Both the position numbers and the translations under genes were made by a program. Shown here piece after piece: positions 28,106 through 38,086 of a stretch of 64,000 bases of DNA (within the stretch, counting starts at the first letter, position 1; every line of letters begins with the position of its first letter). The stretch lies in contig JAUSAO010000003.1 of NCBI GenBank assembly GCA_030652475.1, positions 12,960-76,959 on the forward strand. The letters run 5' to 3'. Below the pieces are notes generated by a model. The model saw only the letters and a list, made by a program, of their open reading frames with translations. It did not search any database and was not told where the DNA came from. Source of the DNA: Gallionella sp. (GTDB lineage Bacteria > Pseudomonadota > Gammaproteobacteria > Burkholderiales > Gallionellaceae).

Positions 28106-29311
28106 TTAAGGCTGCGCCGGTTCGTCCTTCAGGAATACTTCCAGCAAATCGTTCAAGAACCGTTGCCCCTGTAGCGTCGGGGCGATGCGCTGGTGGTCGC
28201 GCTGCAACAATCCGCGCTTCTCGGCGACCAGTAATTCGCGCTGTATCGCAATCAGCGGCAGGCTGGTGCGCTCATTGAACAGCACGGAATCGAAACCTTC
28301 GTTCAAGCGCAGTGCGTTCATCATGAATTCGAATGCCAGCTCATCGCGCCCGACTGCATTCTCGGTCTGTATCGGCGCGCCTTGCGCCACTTGCTGCATA
28401 TAGGCCTGCGGCTGCTTGTAGCGCGCCTGGCGGATGATCTTGTCCGGAAAACTGATCTTGCTGTGCGCGCCCGCGCCTATCCCCAGATAGTCGCCGAATT
28501 TCCAGTAGTTGAGATTGTGCTTGGCGCGGCGATTGGCTTGTGCGAACGCGGAGGTCTCGTAATGCTGATAGCCGTTTTCCGCCAGCAGATGCTCTATGCT
28601 TTGCTGCATGTCGGAACTGGCATCGTCGTCCGGCAAGGACGGCGGATTACGGTAAAACAGCGTGTTCGGCTCCAGCGTCAGGTGATAGGCGGACAAGTGC
28701 TGCGGCCTGAATTCCAGCGCAGTCTGCACATCCTGCAAAGCCTGCGCCAGCGTTTGGTTCGGCAGCGCATACATCAGGTCGAGGTTGATGTTGTCGAAGT
28801 GCTGCTGGGCGATGGCGATGGCGGCTTTCGCCTCGTCAGCAGAGTGGATGCGTCCCAGCGCCTTGAGATGAGTATCGTTAAAACTCTGTATCCCCATCGA
28901 CAGGCGGTTAACACCCGCCTCGCGGAAAGCGGCAAACTTGTCCGCTTCCACCGTACCCGGATTAGCCTCCAACGTAATTTCCGCATCGCCTGCGAGTGGC
29001 AGCAGCATGCGCACCTGACGCAATATCTCCTCGACGCCAGCGCCGGAGAGCAGGCTGGGCGTGCCGCCGCCGAAGAACACCGTATATACCTTGCGTCCCC
29101 AGATTTGCGGTAAGGCCATCTCCAGATCGCGGGTCAGCGCGGCAACGTATTCTTTTTCCGGGAAAGCGGCCTTCGCTTCATGCGAATTGAAGTCGCAGTA
29201 CGGGCATTTCTTCACGCACCACGGGATATGGATGTACAGCGATAGCGGCGGCAAGGCCGTCGTGAAGTGGACGGATTGCGATTTGAATGAAACCGGTTGC
29301 AGCGAAATCAT
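28106..29311 (-). CDS. hemW: Radical SAM heme chaperone HemW
   Basis: LYIHIPWCVKKCPYCDFNSH, FFGGGTPS, LEANPG and NYWKFGDYLGIGAGAH. Confidence 0.93.
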   Translation of the reverse strand: MISLQPVSFKSQSVHFTTALPPLSLYIHIPWCVKKCPYCDFNSHEAKAAFPEKEYVAALTRDLEMALPQIWGRKVYTVFFGGGTPSLLSGAGVEEILRQVRMLLPLAGDAEITLEANPGTVEADKFAAFREAGVNRLSMGIQSFNDTHLKALGRIHSADEAKAAIAIAQQHFDNINLDLMYALPNQTLAQALQDVQTALEFRPQHLSAYHLTLEPNTLFYRNPPSLPDDDASSDMQQSIEHLLAENGYQHYETSAFAQANRRAKHNLNYWKFGDYLGIGAGAHSKISFPDKIIRQARYKQPQAYMQQVAQGAPIQTENAVGRDELAFEFMMNALRLNEGFDSVLFNERTSLPLIAIQRELLVAEKRGLLQRDHQRIAPTLQGQRFLNDLLEVFLKDEPAQP

Positions 29312-29901
29312 GGCTCGTACCGCAATTTCTCCAACAGCACCTGCATCGCACGGCCTCTGTGGCTGATGGCGTGTTTCTCGTCACGGGACAATTCTGCACT
29401 CATTTTGCCCAGTTCCGGCAGCCAGAACAGCGGGTCATAGCCGAAGCCGCCTTCCCCCTGCTCCAGATGCGCAATCTCGCCGTGCCATTCGCCCTCGGCG
29501 ATGATGGGCTGCGGGTCGTCCGCGTGACGCACCAGCACCAGCACGCAGTAATAATGCGCACGGCGGTCAGTCATGCCTTGCATATCCTGCATCAGCTTGT
29601 CGTTGTTGGCCTGATCCGATTTTGGGCTGTCGCCTGCATAGCGTGCTGAGTACACACCCGGCGCACCGCCCAGAGCTTCGACACAGATACCGGAATCATC
29701 CGCCAGGGCGGGCAGGCCGCTCAAGCTACTGACATGACGCGCCTTGGCCAGCGCATTCTCGATGAACGTCACATGCGGCTCTTCCGCCTCACTGATCCCG
29801 AGTTGCGCCTGCGTGATAACTTCGATACCCAGTGGCACCAGCATGTGCTGAAATTCGCGCAGCTTGCCGGGGTTATTGGAGGCGATGACGAGTTTTTTCA
29901 T
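29308..29901 (-). CDS. rdgB: dITP/XTP pyrophosphatase RdgB
   Basis: LVIASNNPGK, ADDSG, PGVYSARY, GFGYDP and SHRG. Confidence 0.95.
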   Translation of the reverse strand: MKKLVIASNNPGKLREFQHMLVPLGIEVITQAQLGISEAEEPHVTFIENALAKARHVSSLSGLPALADDSGICVEALGGAPGVYSARYAGDSPKSDQANNDKLMQDMQGMTDRRAHYYCVLVLVRHADDPQPIIAEGEWHGEIAHLEQGEGGFGYDPLFWLPELGKMSAELSRDEKHAISHRGRAMQVLLEKLRYEP

Positions 29902-29917
29902 AAGTAAAGCACCCTGT

Positions 29918-30021
29918 GTCATTCCCGCGAAAGCGGGAATCCAGACAGTCCATAATCCCCGCGCAGCGGAACAAAAGTCCTTTTAATAAAAACGCTGGAT
30001 TCCCGCTTTCGCGGGAATGAC
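29918..30021. repeat. Paired-hairpin MITE/REP-like element with 27-bp perfect terminal inverted repeats
   Basis: gtcattcccgcgaaagcgggaatccag (29918-29944) and its exact reverse complement (29995-30021); between rph and rdgB. Confidence 0.9.
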
Positions 30022-30029
30022 GGCACAAT

Positions 30030-30746
30030 TTAATCTTGCAGCGCCGTTTTCTGCATCCTGATCAACTCAGCGATACCTGAACTGGCCAACCCCAGCAGTT
30101 CGTCCATTTCGGCGCGACTGAAGGCATGGCCTTCGGCCGTTCCCTGCACTTCGACGAAGTGACCATTGCCCAGCATCACTACGTTCATGTCGGTGTCGCA
30201 GGCGGAATCTTCGAGGTAATCCAGATCCAGCACCGGAACGCCCTGGTAGATGCCGACCGAGATCGCGGCGATGGATTCTTTTATTGGGCTTTCCTGCAGC
30301 AGACCTTTTTCAATCAGGCCGCTCACTGCATCGTGCAGCGCGACGTACGCGCCGGTGATGCTGGCGGTACGTGTGCCACCATCGGCCTGAATCACGTCAC
30401 AGTCAATCTGAATAGTGCGCTCGCCGAGCTTGCCCAGATCCACCACCGCGCGCAGGCTACGGCCGATCAGCCGCTGAATTTCCTGAGTACGGCCGGATTG
30501 TTTGCCCTTGGCGGCTTCACGCTGCATGCGGCTGCCGGTGGAACGCGGCAACATGCCATATTCCGCCGTCACCCAGCCCTCGCCGCTGCCCTTCTTGTGC
30601 GGCGGCACGCGCTCTTCGACGCTGGCGGTGCAAATGACTTTAGTGTCACCGCATTCGATCAACACCGAACCTTCGGCGTGTTTGGTGTAGTGACGGGTAA
30701 TGCATATTTCACGCAGTTGATTTGCAGATCTTTGACTGGGTCGCAT
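30030..30746 (-). CDS. rph: Ribonuclease PH
   Basis: [28 protein letters not shown] and [12 protein letters not shown]. Confidence 0.97.
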   Translation of the reverse strand: MRPSQRSANQLREICITRHYTKHAEGSVLIECGDTKVICTASVEERVPPHKKGSGEGWVTAEYGMLPRSTGSRMQREAAKGKQSGRTQEIQRLIGRSLRAVVDLGKLGERTIQIDCDVIQADGGTRTASITGAYVALHDAVSGLIEKGLLQESPIKESIAAISVGIYQGVPVLDLDYLEDSACDTDMNVVMLGNGHFVEVQGTAEGHAFSRAEMDELLGLASSGIAELIRMQKTALQD

Positions 30747-30760
30747 AAGAGAATTATAGA

Positions 30761-30781
30761 TGGTGAGTGGTGAGTGGTGAG
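30761..30781. repeat. Heptamer tandem array (TGGTGAG)x3
   Basis: Three perfect units in the short PP2C-rph intergenic region. Confidence 0.75.
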
Positions 30782-30798
30782 TTGGCAGGGCGGCTGCG

Positions 30799-31584
30799 TT
30801 ATTGGATGTCGAGTATATGGCTGATTACAACGTCAGTGTCGTGTAAGGATTCGCTGTTCCCCCAACGCATGGCCAAACCGGTTACATTATCCGACTTGCC
30901 ATTTTCGCGCTTCAGGGCGACCACAATCAGCTTATCCAGCGCGACATCCACCGGACTGCCGACAAAGGCGGATACCAGTTCCTTGTCAACAAACGGGCCG
31001 CACAAGCCATCGCTGCAAAGCAGCACCACATCGCCGGATTGCAGCGCAACGGATTTCCCCAGTGCGATCTCGAACAGGTCTTCAACCCCTCCGAGGCAAT
31101 TGGTAATCTGGTTGCGCCTGGGGTGGGTACGCGCTTCGTCCTCGTCTATCACGCCCAGTTCCAGCCACATCTGCACCATGGAATGATCCAGCGTTTTGGA
31201 TAACACCGCGCCTTTGCGCAGCAGGTACAAACGCGAATCACCAGCATGCCCCCAGTGCATTTGACCATCCTGAATCAGGGCAGCAACGCAGGTGGTACCG
31301 GGAAAGCTTTGGTCTTTATGCTGCGGCAAATCCATGATGCGCTGATGTGCACGACGCATGGTATCGGACAGAAATGCTTGCGGGTCGGTAATCTGCGCAT
31401 GTTGCGCAAACGACTCGACAAACGTGTCCATAGCCATACTGGCTGCCACTTCACCGTGCAAATGCCCGCCCATACCATCGGCCAGCACCAGCAACAATAC
31501 GTCCTTGCTGTACGCATAAGCGACGCGATCCTGGTTGTATTTGCGGTTGCCGATATGGCTGGCCTGATGTATCGAGAAATTCAT
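30799..31584 (-). CDS. PP2C-family Ser/Thr protein phosphatase
   Basis: [28 protein letters not shown] and SDNVT motifs. Confidence 0.92.
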   Translation of the reverse strand: MNFSIHQASHIGNRKYNQDRVAYAYSKDVLLLVLADGMGGHLHGEVAASMAMDTFVESFAQHAQITDPQAFLSDTMRRAHQRIMDLPQHKDQSFPGTTCVAALIQDGQMHWGHAGDSRLYLLRKGAVLSKTLDHSMVQMWLELGVIDEDEARTHPRRNQITNCLGGVEDLFEIALGKSVALQSGDVVLLCSDGLCGPFVDKELVSAFVGSPVDVALDKLIVVALKRENGKSDNVTGLAMRWGNSESLHDTDVVISHILDIQ

Positions 31585-31657
31585 AGTTCGCAATCGTAAT
31601 ATAATGCACGCCTAGCGCACAGCCTTTTATTTATTCCATCCCCCTGAAAGCCACAAC

Positions 31658-32521
31658 ATGATTCTAAGCATGACCGGTTATGCCAATACCAGCGCAGATT
31701 TTGCCACCGGTTCACTGTCGCTGGAGCTGCGCGCCGTCAACCATCGCTATCTGGATATTCAACTGCGCATGCCGGAGGAATTGCGCGTATTTGAAAGTGC
31801 ACTACGCGAGTTGATTACCGCACAATTGCAGCGCGGCAAGGTTGAGTGCCGGATCAACTATGCGGCGCGTGATGTACAGGGCGGCACGACACTGAACCAC
31901 GATCTGTTGCTGCAACTCGCCAACTGGAATAAAGAAGTGCAAGCCGCCTTGCCGGAGGCGCAAACCTTGAGCGTCGCCGATGTGCTGCGCTGGAACGGCG
32001 TTCTGCAAACGCCCGCCGCCTCTGCCGACGAATTGCGCGCTACCCTGCTCGCCTTGATGCAAACGGCATTGCAGGAGTTTTCCGCCTCGCGCGCCCGTGA
32101 AGGCGAAAAACTGAAAGATTTTTTATTCGTCCGTCTGGAAAAGATCGAGGCCTTGCGCACCGACGTGATGCCGCATGTACCCACTGCGATTGCCGCCTAC
32201 GAATTGAAACTGACCAACCGGCTGCGCGATGCCTTGCAAGGTGCGGAAGATGAACGCATACGCCAGGAAATCACGCTGTTTGCCAGCAAGATCGACGTGG
32301 ACGAAGAGTTGTCGCGGCTTGCCAGCCATCTCAGCGAGATGCGCCGTATCCTCAAACAGGGCGGCGCAGTAGGCAAACGACTGGACTTTCTAATGCAGGA
32401 ACTGAACCGCGAAGCCAACACCCTGGGCTCAAAATCAGTGGATGCCGAAGTATCGCGCAGCGCAATGGAAATGAAAATTCTCATCGAACAAATGCGCGAA
32501 CAAATTCAGAATCTTGAATAG
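31658..32521 (+). CDS. yicC: YicC/YloC-family endoribonuclease
   Basis: SMTGYA, AVNHRYLD, GKRLDFLMQELNREANTLGSK and EQIQNLE. Confidence 0.93.
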   Translation: MILSMTGYANTSADFATGSLSLELRAVNHRYLDIQLRMPEELRVFESALRELITAQLQRGKVECRINYAARDVQGGTTLNHDLLLQLANWNKEVQAALPEAQTLSVADVLRWNGVLQTPAASADELRATLLALMQTALQEFSASRAREGEKLKDFLFVRLEKIEALRTDVMPHVPTAIAAYELKLTNRLRDALQGAEDERIRQEITLFASKIDVDEELSRLASHLSEMRRILKQGGAVGKRLDFLMQELNREANTLGSKSVDAEVSRSAMEMKILIEQMREQIQNLE

Positions 32522-32651
32522 AAACAAAATGTTAACCAACACAACCCACTCAATTATTGCTAAGAGCTACGCGCTTGCGAGCATTGAGGCGGGAAAGTAA
32601 GTTTTTTGCTTATTTGTTGCCCTCACACAATACCAATCGTTTGGAGTTTTT

Positions 32652-33269
32652 ATGTCAGGAAGTTTATTCGTCATCAGCGCACCCTCCGGTGCCGGCAAGA
32701 CCAGTCTGGTACACGCCTTGCTCGGCACCAATCCACAAATTGCCTTATCGGTTTCCTACACCACGCGCGCACCGCGCAAGGGCGAACAGGATGGCGTTGC
32801 CTACAACTTCGTCAGCCGCGCAACCTTTACAGAGATGGCGGGACGCGGCGAATTTCTGGAAAGTGCCGAGGTATATGGTAATTATTACGGCACATCGCAA
32901 AGCTGGATCAGCCAGGAAATTGCCAAAGACCGTGACATCCTGCTGGAAATAGACTGGCAGGGCGCAGCACAGGTGCGGCGCTTATTCCCAAACTGTATCA
33001 GCATTTTCATCCTGCCGCCGTCAATAGCGGCACTGGAACAACGCCTTACGGGGCGCGGCCAGGACGATAGCGAGGTCATCGCCAAACGCATGGCGGCCGC
33101 TCGTGAAGATGTCGCGCATGTTGCCGAATTCGATTATGTTATTATCAACGACAATTTGAATGAAGCATTGCGGGAATTCAATGCCGTCGTGCTGGCCGCA
33201 AGGCTGCGCGCGTCCAGCCAACTGGCTCGCCATCAAAACTTAATTAACCAATTACAAAATCCGGAGTAA
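32652..33269 (+). CDS. gmk: Guanylate kinase
   Basis: SAPSGAGKTS, SYTTRAPR and LEIDWQGA. Confidence 0.97.
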   Translation: MSGSLFVISAPSGAGKTSLVHALLGTNPQIALSVSYTTRAPRKGEQDGVAYNFVSRATFTEMAGRGEFLESAEVYGNYYGTSQSWISQEIAKDRDILLEIDWQGAAQVRRLFPNCISIFILPPSIAALEQRLTGRGQDDSEVIAKRMAAAREDVAHVAEFDYVIINDNLNEALREFNAVVLAARLRASSQLARHQNLINQLQNPE

Positions 33270-33272
33270 ATC

Positions 33273-33479
33273 ATGGCTCGTATTACCGTAGAAGAATGTT
33301 TGGAATATATCCCTAACCGTTTTGACCTGACGCTGGCCGCAGCTTTTCGCGCACGCCAGATCGCCAATGGTGCCACGCATCTGGTAGCAGACAGCAAGGA
33401 TAAACCGACTGTTGTCGCGCTACGTGAAATCAGCAAGGGCAAAGTCGGCCTGGAGATACTCAATCGCGGTCAGGCTTGA
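33273..33479 (+). CDS. rpoZ: RNA polymerase omega subunit
   Basis: MARITVEEC...NRFDL...[10 protein letters not shown]. Confidence 0.96.
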   Translation: MARITVEECLEYIPNRFDLTLAAAFRARQIANGATHLVADSKDKPTVVALREISKGKVGLEILNRGQA

Positions 33480-33597
33480 TTTCACAGCATCCCCTGCCGC
33501 ACCCCGGAGTGCGCGGACGTGTCCGTGTGTATTTGAAACCAGCGTGCTCATGCCCGCACTCCATAAATAGCGGATTCAGGATAAAGCAGTAAGCACT

Positions 33598-35715
33598 ATG
33601 GCTGACGCGGAATTACTCATCAAGGAAGTTTCCAGCTACCTGAAACCGCAGGATGTTGAACACGTCCGCGTTGCGATTGAATTCAGCCGCGTCGCCCATC
33701 AAGGCCAGACTCGCCACTCCGGCGATCCTTATGTCACGCACCCCATCGCGGTGGCGCTCATCCTCACGCCGCTGCACCTTGATGTGCAATCCATCATCGC
33801 CGCCCTGCTGCATGATGTGGTTGAAGACACCGAAATAAGCTCCGAACAGATTGCTGAAAAATTCGGCCTGCCGGTCGCCGAACTGGTGGATGGCTTGAGC
33901 AAGCTGGAAAAAATTCATTTCGAGACCCGCGAAGATGCACAGGCGGAAAACTTCCGCAAGATGCTGCTGGCCATGGCACGCGATGTGCGCGTCATTCTCA
34001 TCAAACTGGCTGATCGTCTGCACAACATGCGCACACTGGGTTCCATGCGACCCGAGCAATGCGAACGCATCGCCCGCGAAACCATGGAGATTTACGCCCC
34101 CATCGCCAATCGTCTTGGCCTGAATGACATCTATCAGGAGTTACAGGACCTCAGCTTCAAGCATTTACACCCGAATCGCTACGCCGTGCTGGCAAAAGCG
34201 CTCAAGGTCGCGCGCGGCAATCGTCGCGAAGTGGTCAGCAAGATACTCGACTCCATTATTCAGCAACTGGCCAAAAAACATATACACGCCGAAGTCACCG
34301 GCAGAGAAAAGAACATCTACAGCATCTACAAGAAAATGCAGATCAAGTCGCTGGCCTTTTCTGAGGTGCTGGATATTTACGGTTTCCGCGTGCTGGTGGA
34401 CGATGTTGACGCATGCTATGTCGCGCTGGGCATACTGCATGCCTTGTATAAACCGATTCCGGGGAAATTCAAGGATTACATTGCCATCCCCAAATCCAAC
34501 GGCTACCAGTCGCTGCATACCACGTTGTTCGGGCCGTTCAGTACGCCCATAGAAATCCAGATACGCACCCGCGAAATGCACAAGATTGCCGATGCGGGCG
34601 TCGCATCGCACTGGCTGTACAAAAGCGGACATTCGTCCATCAACGAACTGCACAAAAAAACCCACCAGTGGTTGCAGGAGCTTCTGGAAAGCCTCAACGA
34701 AAGCAGCAATTCAGCCGAGTTCATGGAGCACCTGAAGGTGGATCTGTTTCCCGATGCGGTGTATGTATTTACCCCCAAAGGCAAGATACTCTCACTGCCG
34801 CGCGGAGCCACGGCGGTTGATTTCGCTTACAGCGTACATACCGACATCGGTAACCGCTGCATTGCCGTCAAGATCAATCATGAACTGGTGCCGCTGCGTA
34901 CCGAACTCAGAAATGGCGATCGCGTGGAAATCATCACCGCGCCGCACGCCAAACCCAATCCGGCCTGGCTCTCCTACGTCACTACCAACAAGGCACGCAG
35001 CCACATCCGCCACTTCTTCAAGACCATGCAGTCCGACGAATCCGCGCAACTCGGCGAACGTTTACTTAATCAGGCCTTGCAGGCGCTGGGAATCAAGCCA
35101 TCGGAAATAAGGGAAAGCTGCTGGGACAAGCTGCTCAGAGATACCGGCGTAAAAACGCGTCAGGAAATGCTCGCCGATATTGGCCTGGGGCGCCGCCTGA
35201 ATATGGTGGTTGCACGGCAACTGGCCTGCAGCGGAGAATCCATCTCCATTGAAAACATAGCCAACCCGGTCATCACCATTCAAGGTACGGAAGGCATGGC
35301 GGTACAATTCGCCACCTGCTGCCGCCCGATACCCGGCGACCCCATCATCGGCGTAATCAAGAGCGGACAGGGACTGGTGGTGCATACGCACGACTGCGCT
35401 TCCCTGCGCAAAGGCCACAACAGCAACAACGGACAATGGCTGGATGTCGTATGGGACAAAAACATCACGCGCACCTTCGCGGTCAGCCTCAAACTGCTGG
35501 TCGCCAATCAGCGCGGCGTGCTGGCCAAAGTCGCGGCTGCCATCGCCGAAGCGGAATCGAACATCGAGAACGTCAGCTTTGCCAACGAAGGCGAATACAC
35601 CGCGTTGCACTTCACACTGGAAGTAAATAACCGCCAGCACCTTGCAGGAAGAATGCGCAGCATGCGCATGATCCCCGAAGTGATCAGAATATTCCGGGTG
35701 CAGAACACGGGATAA
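33598..35715 (+). CDS. spoT: Bifunctional (p)ppGpp synthetase/hydrolase
   Basis: HD motif (LLHDVVEDT), KLADRLHNMRT, synthetase YQSLHT, TGS and ACT domains; follows gmk-rpoZ. Confidence 0.95.
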   Translation: MADAELLIKEVSSYLKPQDVEHVRVAIEFSRVAHQGQTRHSGDPYVTHPIAVALILTPLHLDVQSIIAALLHDVVEDTEISSEQIAEKFGLPVAELVDGLSKLEKIHFETREDAQAENFRKMLLAMARDVRVILIKLADRLHNMRTLGSMRPEQCERIARETMEIYAPIANRLGLNDIYQELQDLSFKHLHPNRYAVLAKALKVARGNRREVVSKILDSIIQQLAKKHIHAEVTGREKNIYSIYKKMQIKSLAFSEVLDIYGFRVLVDDVDACYVALGILHALYKPIPGKFKDYIAIPKSNGYQSLHTTLFGPFSTPIEIQIRTREMHKIADAGVASHWLYKSGHSSINELHKKTHQWLQELLESLNESSNSAEFMEHLKVDLFPDAVYVFTPKGKILSLPRGATAVDFAYSVHTDIGNRCIAVKINHELVPLRTELRNGDRVEIITAPHAKPNPAWLSYVTTNKARSHIRHFFKTMQSDESAQLGERLLNQALQALGIKPSEIRESCWDKLLRDTGVKTRQEMLADIGLGRRLNMVVARQLACSGESISIENIANPVITIQGTEGMAVQFATCCRPIPGDPIIGVIKSGQGLVVHTHDCASLRKGHNSNNGQWLDVVWDKNITRTFAVSLKLLVANQRGVLAKVAAAIAEAESNIENVSFANEGEYTALHFTLEVNNRQHLAGRMRSMRMIPEVIRIFRVQNTG

Positions 35716-35742
35716 CTCTGCCCCTCACCGCCTGCAGATTGC

Positions 35743-37068
35743 CTATGACTCACCGCTGTACAGTCGCAGCAACGCCAGCATCGCTGATGCTTTGTCCAGT
35801 GTCTCCTGATACTCGGCATCGCATTGCGAATCAGCGACGATGCCGCCGCCCGCCCAGCAGCGAATCTCATCCTGCGCATAAACCAGCGTGCGGATGACGA
35901 TGTTGCTGTCCATGTTACCGTCGAAACCGACATAGCCGATGGCACCGCAGTACACGCCGCGCCGGTTCGGCTCCAGTTGTTCGATGATCTGCATGGCGCG
36001 CTGTTTGGGGGCGCCGGTGATTGAGCCGCCGGGAAAGCAGCCCCGCAACACATCCAGCGCATCGCATCCCTCAGCCAGTTCGCCCTGCACCGTGCTGACC
36101 AGATGATGGACGTTGGCATAGCTCTCCACCTTAAACAATTCAGGCACACGCACCGAGCCGGGTTTGCAGCTCTTGCCCAGATCGTTGCGCAGCAGGTCGA
36201 CGATCATCAGATTCTCGGCCCTGTCCTTGGGATGCCCGCTCAACTCTTCAGCCAGTTGCCGGTCGCGCACCGGGTCGCTGTCGCGCGGTCGCGTGCCTTT
36301 AATCGGCCGGGTTTCTACCAGACCGTTGCTCACACTGATGAAGCGTTCCGGCGAAGCGCACAGAATCTGTGCCTGTGGGAAGTTCAGATACGCCGAATAG
36401 GGCGCGGGGCTCAGTTTTCGCAGTTTAAGGTAGGCACTCAGCGCATCACCTGTCGCGTCAGCCGAGAAGCGCTGCGCGAGATTGACCTGATAACAGTCTC
36501 CGGCCTGTAAATAGCCTTGTATCTTGGCAAACGCCTCGGAATAACTTTCCCGGGTAAAATTGCAGCGTACCTTTCCCTGTACGCTGAAGGTGTCAGAAGG
36601 CAGTGTTGAAAGTGCTTGCAGGCGCTGCAAAATATGCGGCAACAGCGCGGCTGTTTCTGGATAGCGCAGATGAGATACCAGTCGCGCCGTATGCTCCTGA
36701 TGATCCAGCACCAGCGCCCAGTCGTAGAGGCCGACAGCCATGACAGGCAGGCGTTCGCCGGCTTCCGCAATAGACGGCAGACTCATCATGCTGCGCGCCA
36801 GATCATAGCTCCAGTAGCCCAGCGCACCACCGGCAAACGGCACACCGGCTACAGGCGCAACCGTCGCGCCCAGTTCACTGCGCAGTGCAGCGAACGGATC
36901 ACCGCATGACGCATCCGGCAACAGCATGTGGTGCGGTGCGGCAGTCAGAATGTCGAAACGCGCCATGCCGCCGCTATCCAGCCACGCTGAGCAGGGCAAG
37001 TCTGCTATTGCTGCAAAGTAGCGCGCCGCATCGGGTTGATAAGGCAGTTCACGGCAGTAGAAACTCAT
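35743..37068 (-). CDS. pabB: Aminodeoxychorismate synthase component I
   Basis: GDCYQVNLAQ, SPERF, TRPIKGT, KDRAENLMIVDLLRNDLG and FPGGSITGAPK. Confidence 0.9.
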   Translation of the reverse strand: MSFYCRELPYQPDAARYFAAIADLPCSAWLDSGGMARFDILTAAPHHMLLPDASCGDPFAALRSELGATVAPVAGVPFAGGALGYWSYDLARSMMSLPSIAEAGERLPVMAVGLYDWALVLDHQEHTARLVSHLRYPETAALLPHILQRLQALSTLPSDTFSVQGKVRCNFTRESYSEAFAKIQGYLQAGDCYQVNLAQRFSADATGDALSAYLKLRKLSPAPYSAYLNFPQAQILCASPERFISVSNGLVETRPIKGTRPRDSDPVRDRQLAEELSGHPKDRAENLMIVDLLRNDLGKSCKPGSVRVPELFKVESYANVHHLVSTVQGELAEGCDALDVLRGCFPGGSITGAPKQRAMQIIEQLEPNRRGVYCGAIGYVGFDGNMDSNIVIRTLVYAQDEIRCWAGGGIVADSQCDAEYQETLDKASAMLALLRLYSGES

Positions 37069-38024
37069 GGCGCTTGCGGGCTATTAACTACGGGCTGCAG
37101 CATCGCACGAGCCGACTTTTTCTCGGCGGTGATCTTTTGCAATCTGTCGCGTATCTGCGGCAAGACTGCAGTTGCCGCGTCTTCACCTATTTTTATCAGA
37201 CGCAACTTGCTGCTTTCATCGATTTCCGGCGTAACGCCGATCTCGGGCCGAATCACGACTTGCGCGTATTCCAGTTCATCCCCCAGGACAGACTGCCGCA
37301 TGATACGCAAACTCTGTTTAAGGATATCCAGGATATTTTTCAGGACAGGATAATCTTTCGGCTGTTGCGAAATATCCACGGCAATGATGAAATCAGCACC
37401 CATTTCTCGCGCCAGCCTTACCGGCACGGGCTTTTTCAAATCACCATCCACATATTCCTCGCCGCCTATCCGCACCGGATAAAACACGCCGGGTATACTG
37501 CTGGACGCCCGCACCGCCATGCCGGTATTGCCGTGATTAAACGCGACCGTTTTACCGCTGCCGAGCTGAGTGGCAATCGCAAAAAAAGGTCTTTCCAGTT
37601 GTTCGATAGAGCGATTATCCAGGGTGCGATTAATAAAATCCTGCAATTGTTCACCGCGCACATAACCACGCATGGAAAAATCAAAGTCCTTCAGCTTGCC
37701 CCTGTCCATCTCCAGCGCCAGCTTTTCCAACGCGATGCCGTTGTAGCCACCCGCATACAGCGCACCTACCACGCTACCCGCGCTGGTGCCCAAAACGATG
37801 TCTATGCCAATATCATTGGCCTCCAGCACTTTTATGACACCGATGTGGGCAAAACCCCGGTCTCCTCCACTTCCCAGCGCCAACGCCACGACAGGCTGAT
37901 CCGAGCGAACAGGCGCAATGAATATCGACTGAGGTTCGACCAAATCGTTGTACTGTATCGATGGCGTGGCACAGGATGCCAGCAACAATGGAAGACACAG
38001 CAGTGCGCAAAGTTTAAACAGCAT
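37065..38024 (-). CDS. Patatin-like phospholipase, probable lipoprotein
   Basis: LLASC lipobox, GSGGDRG loop, GTSAG nucleophile motif and DGD variant of DGG. Confidence 0.85.
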   Translation of the reverse strand: MLFKLCALLCLPLLLASCATPSIQYNDLVEPQSIFIAPVRSDQPVVALALGSGGDRGFAHIGVIKVLEANDIGIDIVLGTSAGSVVGALYAGGYNGIALEKLALEMDRGKLKDFDFSMRGYVRGEQLQDFINRTLDNRSIEQLERPFFAIATQLGSGKTVAFNHGNTGMAVRASSSIPGVFYPVRIGGEEYVDGDLKKPVPVRLAREMGADFIIAVDISQQPKDYPVLKNILDILKQSLRIMRQSVLGDELEYAQVVIRPEIGVTPEIDESSKLRLIKIGEDAATAVLPQIRDRLQKITAEKKSARAMLQPVVNSPQAP

Positions 38025-38086
38025 AGCCTTAATAAAAATGCAGCGTGAGTATCATGCTCGAAGGACGCATGGTATCACTCTACAGC

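Noticed and set aside
33480-33597. ggagtgcg...cgcactcc inverted repeat between rpoZ and spoT as a structured RNA
   Set aside because: Only an 8-bp match with a long loop and no recognisable family; too weak to support without comparative data.
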